Shown: in pieces, positions 1-15,500 of the stretch
How the letters are laid out: each line of letters opens with the position of its first letter
How positions within the stretch are numbered: the first letter of the stretch is position 1
NCBI RefSeq assembly: GCF_037042905.1
Contig: NC_087246.1
Coordinates: 4,156,001 to 4,216,000, forward strand
Source: Lytechinus pictus
Taxonomy: Eukaryota
Direction: 5' to 3'
DNA length: 60,000 nucleotides
Notes under the pieces: generated by a model
What the model saw: the letters and a program-made list of their open reading frames with translations, nothing else
Told to the model about the DNA's origin: nothing
Database searches by the model: none
Translations under genes and position numbers: made by a program

Positions 1-1117
1 GCTTAATACTTTGATCTATGTATGTGCATAAAACGGATAGCTGTTACATGAGATGGTGGTATGCAGGGTAAACATATTGTCCTCCATAATGGAGTGTCTG
101 AATTTGTCATCTCAAGCAAAGCATTTATCATTGACAATCTCCTGAGAGTGTGATCTAGCCACTGTCATCAGTCACTCTGGTGTAAATCTTCTTTTCATCC
201 CTACTGTCATCAATTCTTCTTCATGAGACAAGAAACGCCTCACCACGATGCTATCAAAACCTTCATTTCAAAATACAATGCAATACATCATGTCAATGCC
301 AATGGCATCAAACAGAACAATCTATGAGGAAAACCCCATCTTTCAGCAAATATCCTAAAATCCTGATTTTCTACAATATAACTTGTTATAATAGTAAAAC
401 AATTTTGCTCATAACTATATCAGCTTATGTAGGCCTTGAACATTCTCTTGAACTTTACAATACTATTTCGTTACTCAGGCTGTTCAAATTTTTCCTTTGT
501 GTGAAAGAAAATTTCAAAAATTGTGTTATGCTCTTGGAAAAGAATTGGTAGCTAGAATTTTACAGATTTTCAATTGTGGTTCTGAGGTTTGTTTCCTGGA
601 TTGATTGAAATACTGCCTAACCATTGAATCTGTGGACTGAAATCTATACCCCAAACCTCAGACCTACTCCCCAATACCACCACAAGTGGTAGTGTGTGTT
701 TACCCTTCAAAAGTGGAAGATTAACCCCTCTGACACCTTCACTAAGGTCCTGATTACACCCCTTCCTTACCCTATTCACATCTAAAAGATAAACCATGCT
801 AAGAGGAGAAAAATATGTAATATGAACAGGGAATGTACATGGGACATGAAATGCAAGTTATGTTTTCAAATCTTATTCCATATGACAAACAAATGGATAC
901 TCAAAGAAACGGTGCCGTAGCAGTACACATAATTTGAGAAAAAGAAGTATCCCCCACCCTTCCCATAATACCTACTATAAATCTGATAAAGTCCAAGCTA
1001 ACAAACATATATTTTGGGCACGGATATTCAGGGCATATTGTTTATATTATCAACCCATATTCATAAAAGTAAAAAAAAATTATTATGTCAGTGGAAATAA
1101 TTTAACCCTATGAAATA

Positions 1118-1290
1118 GATCGTCATGGTCTGCCTGTGGAACCAAAGATCATGGGTTCGTGTCCACCCAGGGGAGATGCCTAGAGTCTACATTGTGTGAA
1201 AAAAAAATAATGTCCCTTGGAAAAGGTGTTAAATCATGACCTCATATAGAGGAGACTCTCCACCTTTGCATGTTAAGTGCCTAAAGTAAT
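1118..1290 (+). mobile_element. Degenerate tRNA-derived SINE
   Basis: B-box-like GGGTTCGTGTCC near 1154 followed by TGTCCCTTGGAAAAGG; divergent. Confidence 0.4.
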
Positions 1291-3435
1291 ATTACCTGGG
1301 CCCCGTTGCATGAAAGTTACTATTATGTGAGAAATACAAAATCCCATGTACAGAGGATTCAGCTAAATATGCTTTTCCACTTCTTCAAACCATGAGAAAA
1401 AAGTCACAGACTCTACTTTCCCTACTTCTATACATTTAGAATAAAAAAAATTCAGCAGCTCCAATGCTCTTTTGGAACTTAAATGAGCTTTTGTCAACTT
1501 AAAAAAAAATATTTGTAAGCTAATTTCACCTTACCCCTGTCTATCTACTCTACTGTAATCAACTTGATTCTTAAATTTAGAATGTGAAGTGGGTATTGAC
1601 AAGAGTCAAGACAGAATTCATCTAATCCAGCATTCTGATCCAGTCACCTTAATAGTTCCCCCCTTGGTCGGTAAGAATCAAGGGAACAAGAGTGCATATG
1701 ACACCACCATATGTTGTTCTTACTGGCCACATGCACTCTCTGTGGGTACTTGCTCACTGCCAAAATGATTGCATGTTGATGAATGCACAACCCTCTTTTC
1801 TCCATCAAATGATTGGAGTATTCTTGTATCATCAACAAAAGGACAAATGAAACATGGGCTTATGCCCAGGTTGGGAAATAGATCAATCCTCATGATGTCA
1901 ATGACCAATAAATAAATGTGAAAGGTAGATGTTCTCAAACAGTATTTATTCTCTCTTGAAATAACCATACATGTTTAAATATTAGTGTATTATAAGCCTA
2001 ATTAAAACATATTTTGTTTTGTTTCTCTGATTAGGTTTTATTCAAAATGATCAGATGAAATTCTGACCAGACATTAAAATTCATCAGCATTCATACAAAC
2101 AGCCAAAAAAGGGCATTGAAGCTCAACAATAAGCATTCATTCTATATTACCCCCCCCCCCCCATTTAAGGTTCAACGTTTAGATCATCCCCATTTAACAA
2201 TAGACAAAGGCGATAAAGTCTCTTCCAAAATTTGAGAATGAAATTTCATGTCCAGAAAGAACTGTGCATTGGGGTACACACCTACATGTACTACTATAAC
2301 TTGGAAATCATGGCCATGGAAACACACTTGCACAGTTGTTCACATCAAATACCTGCTCAATACCTTTCCTTCCCTTCTCCTTATAACATTTAAAACACTC
2401 ATATCTATCAGCATCTCAAGTCTCCCATGCCCAACCTCTCCTCCACCTTCTCATATCAATTCTCCCTCCATCTCTTTCTTCCTTCAACCTTTCAACAAAG
2501 TTCACAATCAAGAAAAATCATGAGACAAACCCCCGCATTTGAACTTTTTTTTTTTCAATGGCACGACGCATCCACCACCCCTCGACTGTCTTCATCTTCA
2601 TGCATTCATTACTAAGTGGTGAGACATAGGAATTAAAAGCAAGATATTACAATATGAATCCCTGCGTAGAGGGTTAAGAGAGGAAGTGTTTGCATATTGA
2701 TTAATTTTGCTGCAAGGCATTTTTTCTTTTAGCAGACTCTATGCTGCCACCTGCGTGAATCGGACAGACAGATCTTGCCCGCCTAGGCCTTTGACTTGAT
2801 GGTTACTTGCTGACAAGTCTACCTTGGTCATTCATATCATAACTAGAGAGGGAAGAAATATATTCACAATCGTGTCCATTTGTGCATTCGGCATTCATCT
2901 GAATTAATGGGGAAATCATGTTGTGGGGAAAAGTAATGTAATTTGTAAAATTTCAAATATATTACTACAGAAAAAGAAACAATTAAAAGGTGCACTGCAA
3001 AGAATTGCTCTTTATGAACCTGGTAAAGATAAATCCTAAATACAGGAAAATAAAACAAGTATCATCAGAGCAGACTAGTGGAAAGATGAATGATGTATCC
3101 AGCAATATCCATTGCTCTGAATCTTTTAGAAACCTTCACCATTGTGACTGACATCATACATCATAGTAAAGTATGGTATTCACGGTGGCTTTAAAATGCA
3201 GATCAAGAGATAAATGATTGCATATACTTTGTCATGACATCCTAGGAAGTAAACTTGTACAATGATAGATAAGGAAAGAATGAATGAGGTATTCAAGAAA
3301 AAAAAACACTTTTGGAACAGAATGAATAGAGAATCCTTGGAGATGTGGAAGTAGTAGTAGAAGGTCTGAATGGGAATAGAAAAAAAATCCTAGACATATA
3401 AAAACTGACCATTGAATGAGGGAATAAGTACTTAC

Positions 3436-3586
3436 ATACAATTGCTTCAAATATTCTTGATGAAACCATCTTCTGAATTAATCTAAAGGGAACATCCATA
3501 GGACTGAGAAGGGATTCAAACCAGAGTCTCTCCTCTCGTTGTGACTTCCATTTTAACCTCGACACTTCAAAGACATTGTGAAATTC
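3436..3586 (-). CDS. TPCN1: TPC1 coding exon 10 (linker to start of IIS1)
   Basis: CAG/GTAAGT bounded, 151 nt; [50 protein letters not shown]. Confidence 0.93.
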
Positions 3587-6500
3587 CTGCATAAAATCGT
3601 ATCAATCAGAGAAAAAAAATACCACACTTTTAACTGATTCAAGGAAATCAAACTTCATTAATGATATTCAAGGTTGATTGATAATTATCATTTTTGTACA
3701 TCAATATTTATCAAATTTGTCCTGTTAATTCTCTGAACTAGGATTCAAAGCTTCTGTTGCAATCTACTCCTAGATACAACATTTCTGGAAGCCCACCTGT
3801 CTTGAATATGAGTAGGGCATCTCTATTAGTCTTGTAAGGAGAACATTACTAGGGAAAACCTCTATACTAGGCTCGACTCTTCTTACATAAAGCTTGAGCA
3901 TTGTAATGAACAGTAATAAGGTAAAAGAAATCAATAATAACAGAACAGATCAATTAGCATACCTGCAGATCTAACTTGCCTGACCCACTAGTGTTTAGAG
4001 TCTTGAATGTGAGTAGGACATCTCTTTTACTCTTGTTAGGAGAATAGTACTTGAGCAAACCTTCAAAATGAGCAAAGGTCACTTTACCAGGATGCTGTAT
4101 AAGACCAAATAAAAAAAAAAAAACTAAAAATCAAAATATAAGAATTGGCATCTCAGGGGTGTAGCATAATATGTATACTTGATATTGACAAATGACTGTA
4201 ACTCTATGTATATAGTTTTGTAATAGACCCATTACAGTTGTGTTTGATTCAACAACCAAAATTTGAACTGTTATGTTACAGAATACCTGACTAGTAACAC
4301 AAAAACTATTAAAGCAACTGATTGATTATTATGACTGATTACATTGATCTTTATTTGCAATCAATCATTAAAATCAATCATTAGATCTTAACACTTTGCT
4401 TTGAATTACAGGTCTCTAGACTTAAAATACATCGTTAAATGAATCAATCTTTTTATACCAGTAACTTTCAGAAGCATATTAGCTAACAGATTTGATAAAA
4501 TGACAGGATACAAGAAATTAGACAAATCTAAAACAATTAAAACATGCTTCTTTTCTATAATTAAATGTATCTTTTACTATTTAGTTGGTGTTGCAGATTT
4601 ATTGCATACTTTGCTTCATCATTCAAAATATTATTTTTTATGAGATTCAACACAAAAGAAGATCATAATCTAAGAAATTCAACAAATCAGCAAGTTTGAT
4701 TCCAAGAAAAGGAAAAAGAAAAGTTCAAATCGCTTTGATGTTGTTTATTCCTTAGAGGATCCATGTGCCATCTAGGATTGTACTTTATAGCCTTTCACCC
4801 ATTAACCCCAGAGAGCGCAAACATCACATCAATGAAATGGATTGTAGGGCCATTAGTACAGGTAAACAGCTCAAAACAAATAGAGAATCAATTTTCACTC
4901 GCTGATAACCATCTGTTTATAGAGTAAAGACGTCCTAACAAGGGAATCCATGATGTATGACATTGTGTTTGATAGGCATAAGGACAAAAATGGATAGGCC
5001 AAACATGATGAAATTTGAAAGTAAATCCTTATTTTTGTTTGATATAAAACATTCATGCCCTCCTATCAAGCATTTAACTACTGTACCTAGTGAGTAAAAT
5101 TGGCAGTTAGATTCATCATGCGACTGAAAAGGGTAACAAACATGTTGTAAATGTGTTCTTCTGATGCTCACATGACCGTAGCTGAATAAAACTGGTAATA
5201 AAACCTCAAAAGAAAGGAAGGACATACATACAACAGGATTATTCTCTTAATGGCTCATGTCGAGTGAGATATTTAAAAACTGTTAAAAGAGACTTGATGC
5301 ATCTTCTTTCTCTTATCCTTTCTTCCTGATTTCCCTGTCAGCAGTGCTTTTAAAGCCACCTTTGATGGCGAATCATAGTGTTGGTGGATCGATGCATGGA
5401 TTTGATGAAGGAAGGGAGATTTACGCAGGATCAATAGCGTGTCAACCAACTTCCTTTGATTGATGATTGTTGATTCAAAATATTAACAGTAAACTAGACA
5501 TATTTCTAGGACAATTGATCCACATTGATATTTTCTCTCATTAATCGCTACTAAATATGAATCATTTTTTGCTGCATCTGGTAATCAATACATTCCACCT
5601 AAACATACAAAAAGTACAAATGTGAATGATAATTAAATGTGCAGTGTATATAAAGGGTCACAACCTGAAAATCTGCCAACTCCAGCAAACAACATTTTGA
5701 ATTCTTTAGGTCACATAAAAGGGCTTCTTTAAATATCAGGCACAAAAGACTGAAATAACTGAGGCGGAGGGGGGGGGGATATAACATCGATTTATTAAAA
5801 TTTCAGGCAAAAACACGTAAATCCTTTATAAACCCTAATCATCTTTAAATTAGCCGAATCAGCACTCTTCCACATCACGTAATGGTTTCACAAGACAGAC
5901 TTTACCCATCACTCCACCAAGATCTGGGTAGTGTTTCATCAAAAATCTTGTCTGTGATTTTTACTGGCAAATTTACTCTGAGCCAATCAGAAGCAAGGAT
6001 TTCAGTAGCTTATAACAAATAGTCAGTGGAAATCACTGATTATTTGTATCATGAAATGCTTCCCTGGCTCCGTCTACACAGGATAAGAGGCAAGAGGTAA
6101 ACTTAGGAAATGAGATATAGGTAACAAGAGAGAGCCTTGTCTTAAAGTAATTACATCTGACGATGTACATAGGAAGACATATGCACTACCAAGGTTGGAA
6201 TGCAGATAGATTGCTTATCATCATCTATACTATTGACTGCTTAATGCTTTTTTTTACTAGCCTTGGGTAAAGTTGCTTTCAATAGTGAAAACATCAAATT
6301 GATAAATCAGGACATGCAGAAAGACATACATTGGAATGCACAAAATTTGCTTCTCAATATCCATACTACTGATTGGTTAATTCATTATTACCAATCTTCC
6401 TATAATTAGGTATTTTCCTTATAAATGATGAATTTAAAGAGTGAAAACATTAATAGGGTACATATGTATAGTATGTATTGCAAGACATGTGCACAGTCAA

Positions 6501-9500
6501 GACTGGAATGCAGATAAATTTTGTCTGCTCTTCAATAACATTGACTGATAGATTTTAAATAAAATTGCTTGTAAACTTTGGCAATACCAATCTAATCAAT
6601 AATCTGATGATGGTGTTCAGCACTAAATAATTGCACAGCCTATTGTACTTGAATGTCAAATTTAAGGTTGCTATATTTGACAGATGAAACACTTGTAAGT
6701 ATGAAAAAGAACTACATGAACAAGTTTTCAAATTGATGACAGGGGTCAAGTGACCTTCAAATCAAGAGAGAAAATACATGTATTGCCAACTATACATGCT
6801 TAACTTGCAAACTTTTTGGTAAGCCTAACTAGTGACACTTTAAATGAAAATAAGACTTCCAAATCTGATCTTCATCTATTAACAAATATCCTTCTCTGTT
6901 TCTGTGAAAAGTTTTGAAAAATTATATAAATGACCTGCAGAAAAGTTATGAATTCTATGAATGTGGTGATTCATGCTTGCACAGTCACTGACCTTTTAAA
7001 TTCAATTTCAAGGAAATTGCAATTTCATGTATATTACAAGTTACAATCTTTTTACATAATACTTTCAATATCAAACCTCATAATGCCATGGATTACGGAG
7101 TGAATTTAATCACTGCAATTTTCATGGAAAAGAGGTCAGAGGGAGCTTTCCCTTCATGAAGGAAATTAACCTAAGTTATGTATAGCTAATGAAAAAATAA
7201 ATAACTACACTATCCCTACAAGTTCAAGCCTATGGGTTCTCTGAGTTGTGCTTGGATTACAATAAAACAGAATAATTATCTTACCCTTCTACTGCATAAT
7301 AATCTGAATGCTTTGCTGGTTGCTTTCCGCATGTGAAGTGTGAGCTTCTTGAATTTCTTCTTCTCAATACCAGTGAATGTATCATACACAACAGCAAGAA
7401 GCTGCAGAAGGATTAAAATAAACATTAACATTCCTTTAATACTGTATCTTGACCATTAAAAAATTCATTCAAAGAATTTCCATTATTAAATGCTAGATTT
7501 TCAGGTAAAACGTCAGCTAGACTTTGAGAAACACCTTGATTCAAATAAAAGGATGTCTATATTAATGTGAAAGAAATGTTGAGCATGGAAACATGATCAA
7601 TATGGAAAGGAAATGGAAAGGGGGCAAGCAAAATGAGAGTAATAATAATATAAATGAGGGTAGAAAGAACAAATAGGAATCAACAATAAGAAAAAGATAA
7701 CATTAAACAATAGTAAATAGTGGTAGTAAAATACGAGCTGTGATTGGCTAGATTGGTAACACATGACCTCCCTTCAAATAGTTATATTGTACGGTACTTT
7801 TGGATGGTACGTGAGCAACGTTATGAATGTTTGATATTCAGCCTACCGTTTGCTCATGTACAACAAGCTAAGTAGGCGTACAATTTACTATAATAAATAG
7901 AGAATATCTATCATACAGTATTACTGGACTATATGAACTCCAAAAGTAAAATTATCCCGAGTGCAGGTCTATTTCACCTCGGCCTCTGGCCTCAGTGAAA
8001 TTTGTCGTACATATATTCCAGTATATTGTACAATAGATTGTACAATATTTATATAGGCTTAATATAAGAGAATAAGGAAGATGAGAAGGAAAGTAGAAGA
8101 AAGGGGAGGAGCAAAAACAAGAAAGAAAAAGAAGAGTAAAGGCGACCGCACACCTTACGATTGGTCTGCGACCCGATTTCAGAATAAAATGTAGTAGAAT
8201 TTGATGCTAATATTGAGACTTGGAATTATGTTACTGTGTAATGTTCTAAATCATCATACGGATACCTACATGTATGTTCAAATCTGTGACTATGCTATCA
8301 TCTTTCTTAGAATAAAAGCGAATTTAATATCTAGTCGTAATGACGTCATAGCAGTCGTACGATTGGCTACAATTTGAAACTAATTTGGCCTTATACTCTA
8401 AATAAAGGCTTGCAATCTTTCAAAATGGTTATATTAGTATTCTTTCAATTAATGTTAACCTCAAATAAAATGATATGTTTCATTCACATTTTCAGAAAAT
8501 GAGCAAAATGCGATTTGTTCCAAAATCGGATCGCGAACAGTCATAAGGTGTGCGGTGGCCTTAATGAATTGACACCTGATCATAACAAAAGAATATGAAT
8601 GTGATGAATAAAAGGGGAAAAAATGAGTACAGGAAAAGAAAGATAAGGGTAATATGAAGTTGAGAATGAATGAACACCTGATTTTTATTTTTCCATATAT
8701 ACTGTTCCTTTAAAGTATAAAGAGAAATAAACATCATCACTGGAGTACTTCTTGTAACAGAGTCATCCTAAGGTCATATGACAAGTACAGTATACAACAA
8801 TGGAAAATACAAAGTAATCGAAAACCAAGAAAAAGACATTTTATAGACAATCAACATTCAGTACAATCAATACTGATCATGCAAACATAATGTTTACTGG
8901 TATTGCATTATCACTTTACTTAAAGATGGTATACCACTGTAGTGTAAGGGCAAGAAATACAATGCAAATTCTTTAAGAGTCAATTTGAAGAATACTATGA
9001 ATGTTTATGTGGAATACAGTACAAGAAAGTAAGTATGGAACAGAAAATGATTGTAATGTTGCATTGAACCATCATGTTTCTTATTGCTTGTATATATCCA
9101 AGATAGTCTTTGATCTTGGGGTAAAAGGAAAAAATCATATACAAGTAATCAAGAATGTAAATACATTCAACTTGATTCTTCCTTCGTTGAACAATATATA
9201 TATGATTTACAAGTTATAATTTTACCTAATTCCTAGTCTGAAAAGTGTATACCATGACTCATTATCTCTGTTATAAAAGAGAGAATGTGAGTCATAAATG
9301 TTTGAGAGAGTTACTTCCTTAAGCACCTGCTAGACAGGCACTGTCATACTCATTGGTTCTATGTCCCCGCCCATAACCTCCCTATTACCTTGTACAGGTA
9401 GTATACTTCATTAGGCCGACCTCATACCTCTTCCTCCTCCTCCTCTCATTCATTCCTTTCTTTTCCTCTTCAAAACCTTCCCCAATTTCTCTTCTTTATC

Positions 9501-12500
9501 ATTATCAAGTCACCAGATTCAAGAAGCATGGTTATCTCATGAGTTCTTCTCAAAAGGAGCAACATTTACAATGGGGTTTCTATGAATGATGAGAAGTGGT
9601 AGTCAAATGAATTATTAAGCACTAATTAATTAATCTAGAGTAGAGAAAATTGCACCTTCTACATTGAAATTATGCATTAAATTAAATTATAAACAGCATT
9701 GAGCATTCTCCATTAAACAATGAATCAGGAAAAGAAAATCATACAATAAAAAAATCAAATACTAACACTCGTTACTCCTTCACCATTCTTTCAGTTTCTT
9801 CTCAAAATATTTTTTGCATTGCATACATTTTAGATGTTCATGGTGTTCATTCATTTGCATACTGTGCCATGGTCATATAAAGACTCTTCTGCAGATATTT
9901 TAATTATAGTCATTCAACTTCCCATAAAGCCTTCTTCACTATGTAAATGCATCGTACATGATATTGCTGCTCACATACAAAAAATAATTTGCACAGATTT
10001 AATTATGATGAGCAGAATGAATTGTAAACTCCACTGCACATCTCACATCACCCTCATCACAAGCTGGCATATCAAGGACCTCAAGGTCATGTCAAGGACA
10101 CAAATCAACATAAATAATTTACAGAACTTTACTGTAAATTACAGGATGAAATTAACAAGCATGCTTTGGCATAGGAATACCAACCAGTGTACAAGAAGAT
10201 TTCACACACTGTCATCACTACATACACGTAATCGTAATATTATTGATTTATTAATGATTATAAATGACCTTTGACCTTGACTGAGTTACCTGCAATTACA
10301 CTAATCTATTTTTAAAACCTGTAAAACATAACATTTAAGTCTAAAATAATATTCATACATGTAGATTATTAATGATCACAATACTGTCTTGAATATTCAA
10401 AATCTTAACCTTTGGTCTAAATTTTTTTTAAAAGTTGATATCACTTTTTTTTTAACCCCACATGACCTTTAACCTGTGCCTAGTGACCTGAAATGACAAA
10501 GAGTGCAATAAAGAGTGCAAGTAACACAAGGAGTACTTCATAATTTGTACTATAGGACAATGACATATTCAGTACAACCCCTCAATTACTAAACCAGTCT
10601 GCAAGAACAAGTACATACTATATAAATCAATCTCACACTCATTTCTCTCCTCCCTGTCTATGTCTCTGTCTGTCTAAGTTTGTCTATCTTTCTTTCTCTG
10701 TTCCTTCTACCACGCTGCACCTTTCATTGTCTCAATAATAAAAGAAAACTAGCTGGATGATAGAAGAAATATTACAGGTGAATCAAATTAGATGTTCAAT
10801 TCATTATATCAAATGTCAAAATGAAATGAATGACATCTCCGATGAACCACCCGGTGGAATAGAGGGGAAATCTGTGCTTCTGTGAGCAGATGCTGGAAAT
10901 ATTGTACTTCTGCATTGTATTTCCTGTAACAATAATACCAATAAAACAATCATCCTTAATTGCTTTAGACAGCCCCTTTCCCTAATACCCTTGCGTATAC
11001 AACCCATCCTCCCTACCCTGCCCCCTCCTCCTCCTCCTTCTATTCTATCTTGCAGACTTTATTTTCAGATGAAACTCTATAAATAACCATTTATTTGCAG
11101 GTAAATTCAGTTGCGCTTACATGTCAAAGAAGAAAACATGAAATCAAATAAACTGATTCAAAATAGGTTGACAACCAACAGCCCATTTGACAAATACGAA
11201 AAGACAAAGAAATTATCTCTCAAGTGAGTTTTAAACATTTTTAATACAGGTCTATAACAATAGAAACAATAAACCACAATTTATCTTTTGAACAAATTTT
11301 CTTTTACATCATCTATCTGTATTATAAAATTATTGGAATTGTACAACTTCACAGCTTAATTAATTCATGTTCGTACATTTCCCGTGCAATAATGCATATC
11401 TATTTCTTTAAAAAAAAATAATGGGGTAATGACGTTTCACAAATCTTTGGTACTATGGCTAATGGTCTATATTTCACATAGATGGCATGTACCATGTTTG
11501 TTAGCAGGTGTTGCACGAAATCTCTGTTCTTTGTTCTCAGTTGAAACAAAAAAAATCACCAACCCGGTCTATTTCACAAGCCTATCTCGTAAAGAACTGG
11601 GAGTTGCATGCAAGAACAGCTCTACATCCCGTAGGATACAACCAATTTGTCATCAGTCATTGTTAGCAGGGAGATTGCCCAAGAATAACCGGAGGGTAGT
11701 ACTGGAATAATTTTGAGGCAGACCTATCCAATTTGTGTACTCTTTCATTGCATTCCTATAGCAGACAATCGAAACTGACATCATGACTAAAATGATAGTC
11801 TATACCAGATGAATGCCTTCTTTCCTTCCAATTCTTCACTTTATCACCCACCCAGCTTATACCAGCAACAGCATAAGACAGAAAATAAATATCTTTTATG
11901 ACTTTCTATCACAATCATGTGAGAATGATTAATGAAAATATGTTCAAATTTGAACCAGACCTACGCTCCTTTCTTTTGGTCTATACAGAAACCAGACAAT
12001 TGAATCTGACATGACAAAAGCAAAAATCATACTCTTCTTTTAAGAATCCTTTGTTTTTGTCATCTAGCATTTAATTTTGATCCTATATTAAGGTGAGAGA
12101 GGAAAGTGATTTGACAAAAACCATCCCATGATACTAAACTGTCACATGATTTAGCCAATTGCTGGAAAAGTCCAGGATGTCGCTGGGAAAAAAAAATGTG
12201 TTATCAACCTTTTCAACAGGTTAAGTCACAAAGAGGTGTGTGTTCAGTACTCAAATAAAAAATCCCAATAAGACTACTTTTTCATGAGAGTTTCATCTAA
12301 TTGGAGCTGACTGACAATTTGAATTTCATTGAGAAAAAAATGGGCAATACTTAAACAAGGTCTGACTTATAGAAACTTATTTTTTAATATATGAGGCTAC
12401 CCTGGGAATAGAATTCATATTCATGCAACTATCTTCCTTGAAAGACAGCCATTACCACCATAAAATAATTCATCTACCATCAAAAAGAAGAAAAGTTAAA

Positions 12501-15500
12501 AGCTTTCTAGTTTGATAACTGCAAAAAAGAAAAATCCCCCTTACAAAGCAATTTCACACAGCAGTACACTCGTTCAGGTTTACAAAGGGGCAGAGCCCAA
12601 AATCTCAAGATGATAACATGTTACTGGCTTTATATAGTGAGGAAGGATTTGAATTAATCCCAACTCTTTGTGAATTTGGCCAGACAGACACTTAACATTT
12701 TTGAATGAATGCCATTAACACTTCATGCATTGGTTTCATGTAATAAGGAATTGGATTGTAACAAAGTGCATAATAAGGATAAGAAATGTTCTGACTTACC
12801 AGATTGATTAAGAAATAAAGTTCTAGAACGAGAAAGACGATGAAGAAGATTGCAGACCATGGATTGTGATTATAGGCAGGCATCATTACATCAGGAAAGC
12901 TGAAAATTTTTATCCAAAGTAATTTGTGAATATTTGATTTAGAATATAAGAATCATAGTACCTACTCGTAACCTTCAAGACTAACTCTTCTCCTGTATCG
13001 TTTCAAGAAGCATGGCTATTGGAAGCAATATGAAATTCAAACCAGGGTCTTGTTGCAGAAAACTTGTAATAAAAATATAATATATTGCCTAAAAACTGCT
13101 GAAATCATAACATTTGATCAGCTGATATCACATTTGCCAAACGAATGTTGTATTTGTTATTGAAAAGAAGCATTATGACATGAAGACTAGATTAATAGTC
13201 ATTGTTTTAAATCAAATATTAAACAACTGAAAAATACTTAGCTGTTTTAAGAAGATCTCCTTATTTAAATTTTGCAAATATTTTATACTTCATTTCATAG
13301 ATCCAATCATCAAAAGGATTTACAAAAAGCCCTCTGGAAATACATGTACATATTTACTAAAAATATATGCAAACAAGTCATCTGAAGAGGTATAATTATA
13401 CAAAAGAAAAGGAGACAAAAATAATTTTTGCATGTAAATTAGGTTTGGTATTTGAATTAAGTTGAAAAGTATTAATAATAATAATAATAAACAGTTCTTG
13501 TATAGCGCATATCACAATTATGAATAATGTCTCTATGCACTTCCAAAGGACTTAGATATCATTACCCCAGCTGTAGCTTTATTATAATAAAAGTATAAGT
13601 ATTAAACTAATCAATACTCACTTAGCAGTGGTCATAAGCACAAAGAGATTTACAAAGCTATCTTGCAGAGTTTGGAAATAAATGTCATCCTCCACATTCA
13701 CAAATATGTAGAAACCTGACAAAAAAAGAGAAAGAAAATGTTCATTTTGAATAGAAATTACAATACCAAAACTTATTTCTGAACATACAAGCCTATTTTA
13801 TCTTCAGTAGATGTGGAACAAGTCATGTAATAATTAATTATCTTTTTCATTGATTTATTCTCAGTATTAATTATTTTCCTACCTCATCTGGCTAGTGACC
13901 TACTTATATCACCTTTAAAACATGATAAAAACAAGTCATAGATTCTACTCGTACATGAAGCACATAAAAACTGAAGTTTTCAAAATGAAAAATGCTGTTT
14001 AATAATAAAAACTTCTTAATCAAATTGGAGCTGTTGACAAACCGATGGCAGGAAGTTTTTTTTTCTTCAAATTATAATAGATTGTATGGCAAATTTACTG
14101 TACATACAGGTCCCAAAATGAATCATAGCGCTAAAAAGGTGTTGTGATACATCTCATCAACATCATAATTAAAATAACATCCATTTGGATACAAAGAGGA
14201 GCATACTGATCTTTCAAAAAAATGACGCGTATAGGGTAACATCTTATAGAAAGAAAGCTTGTTGAACTGACATATTATATGCATTGTACATGTAGATAGT
14301 TGGCATAAGTCTCTTCTCTAGTTGTGATTTATCAAATCATTCACAAATCTTTGTATTAAAGATGGGGTCCAGGGGTGGTATTCTGAAAACGTTCTTATCT
14401 TTGTTCTTATCTTTTATCTTATCTCACTGAGATAAGAAGACGCTAAAATCATTGCAAATCGGTATTCTGAAAATCTTCTTAACGCGTTCTTATCTCTGTA
14501 AGGACTGCCTCCTTCTTATCTTCAACACGCCCATTTTTAGGATATTACCAATCAAAATGCGCTTTATATTGGCAGTTTAACCAATAGAAGCGTTCCTTAT
14601 GTGAAGAGAATATCATGGGCACTGCGCGTACACTGTTTCTGGCGCATTGCGCGAAATAGGCATTTTGTACGCAATGACTGATTTTATTATTTCGAGACGT
14701 CCACGTGCACAAAATAAAGACAGAAAAGTAAATAAAGCAGGTACGAATAAGGAATAAAATATGAAGAAAGAAAGTAAGTAGGTATTGAAGTAAGAAGACA
14801 GAAAAGGGTCAGAATGAAGCAGAAAAAAAGATGAAAGGAACAAAGCAGAAAAATGAAAAAAATTGAGTAAACAAAAGAAAGCAAGCAAAATAACTCAAAA
14901 AGAAAAAAAAAAAAAAGAATGAATAAAAGAAGGAAAAAGAAGAAAGAAATAGAACAATTATCAATGATAAAGTGAAGGGAAAAAAATAAAGAAAAAATAA
15001 AGAAAAGAACGAATCTATAAAAGGAACAAAAAAAGAAAAAGGTCAGACTAAAAATAAAAAATAAAGTAACAAGGAACCGAAAAGTAAAAAAGGTTTGAAA
15101 AAAACGAATGAAAGAAAGTTAGAAAGATAAAAAAAGAAAGAAAGAGAGAAAAAGGGAATAAAAATTTAAAAAGTGAAGGAAGAAAAAAAGGAAAATGAAA
15201 CAGATGAGAGAGAAAAAAATGAAAGGAAAATTAACGCAAACATGAAGACTACAAAAAGCTAAAGGAAAGAAAGCTAAATTCAAAGAAAGAAAGAACAAAA
15301 AACGAAAAGGGAAAATAAAAAGTTAGGAAAAGAAAACGAAAAATAACATCAATGGAAAGAATAAAGAAAAAGTTAATAAAAGAAAGACAGAGAGAAGAAA
15401 GAAAGTAAAGACAAATAGTAAATGAAGAACGAACAAAAAATGAGCGAAATAAAGAAAAAAAGAAAGAAAGTAAAAAAAGACACAAAAAGTGTCAGAAAGC

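Noticed and set aside
1..3435. Search for TPC1 exon 11 (IIS1-IIS2)
   Set aside because: No phase-compatible exon with TPC-like sequence recognised; ORFs 1720-1968 and 2864-3058 do not match.
9834..10274. 146-aa + strand ORF
   Set aside because: No recognisable motif; composition typical of random AT-rich intron sequence.
10265..10277. Perfect nuclear-receptor DR1 (TGACCT-T-TGACCT)
   Set aside because: The same motif is reiterated within interspersed repeats (e.g. 23590-23775), so it is probably repeat-derived.
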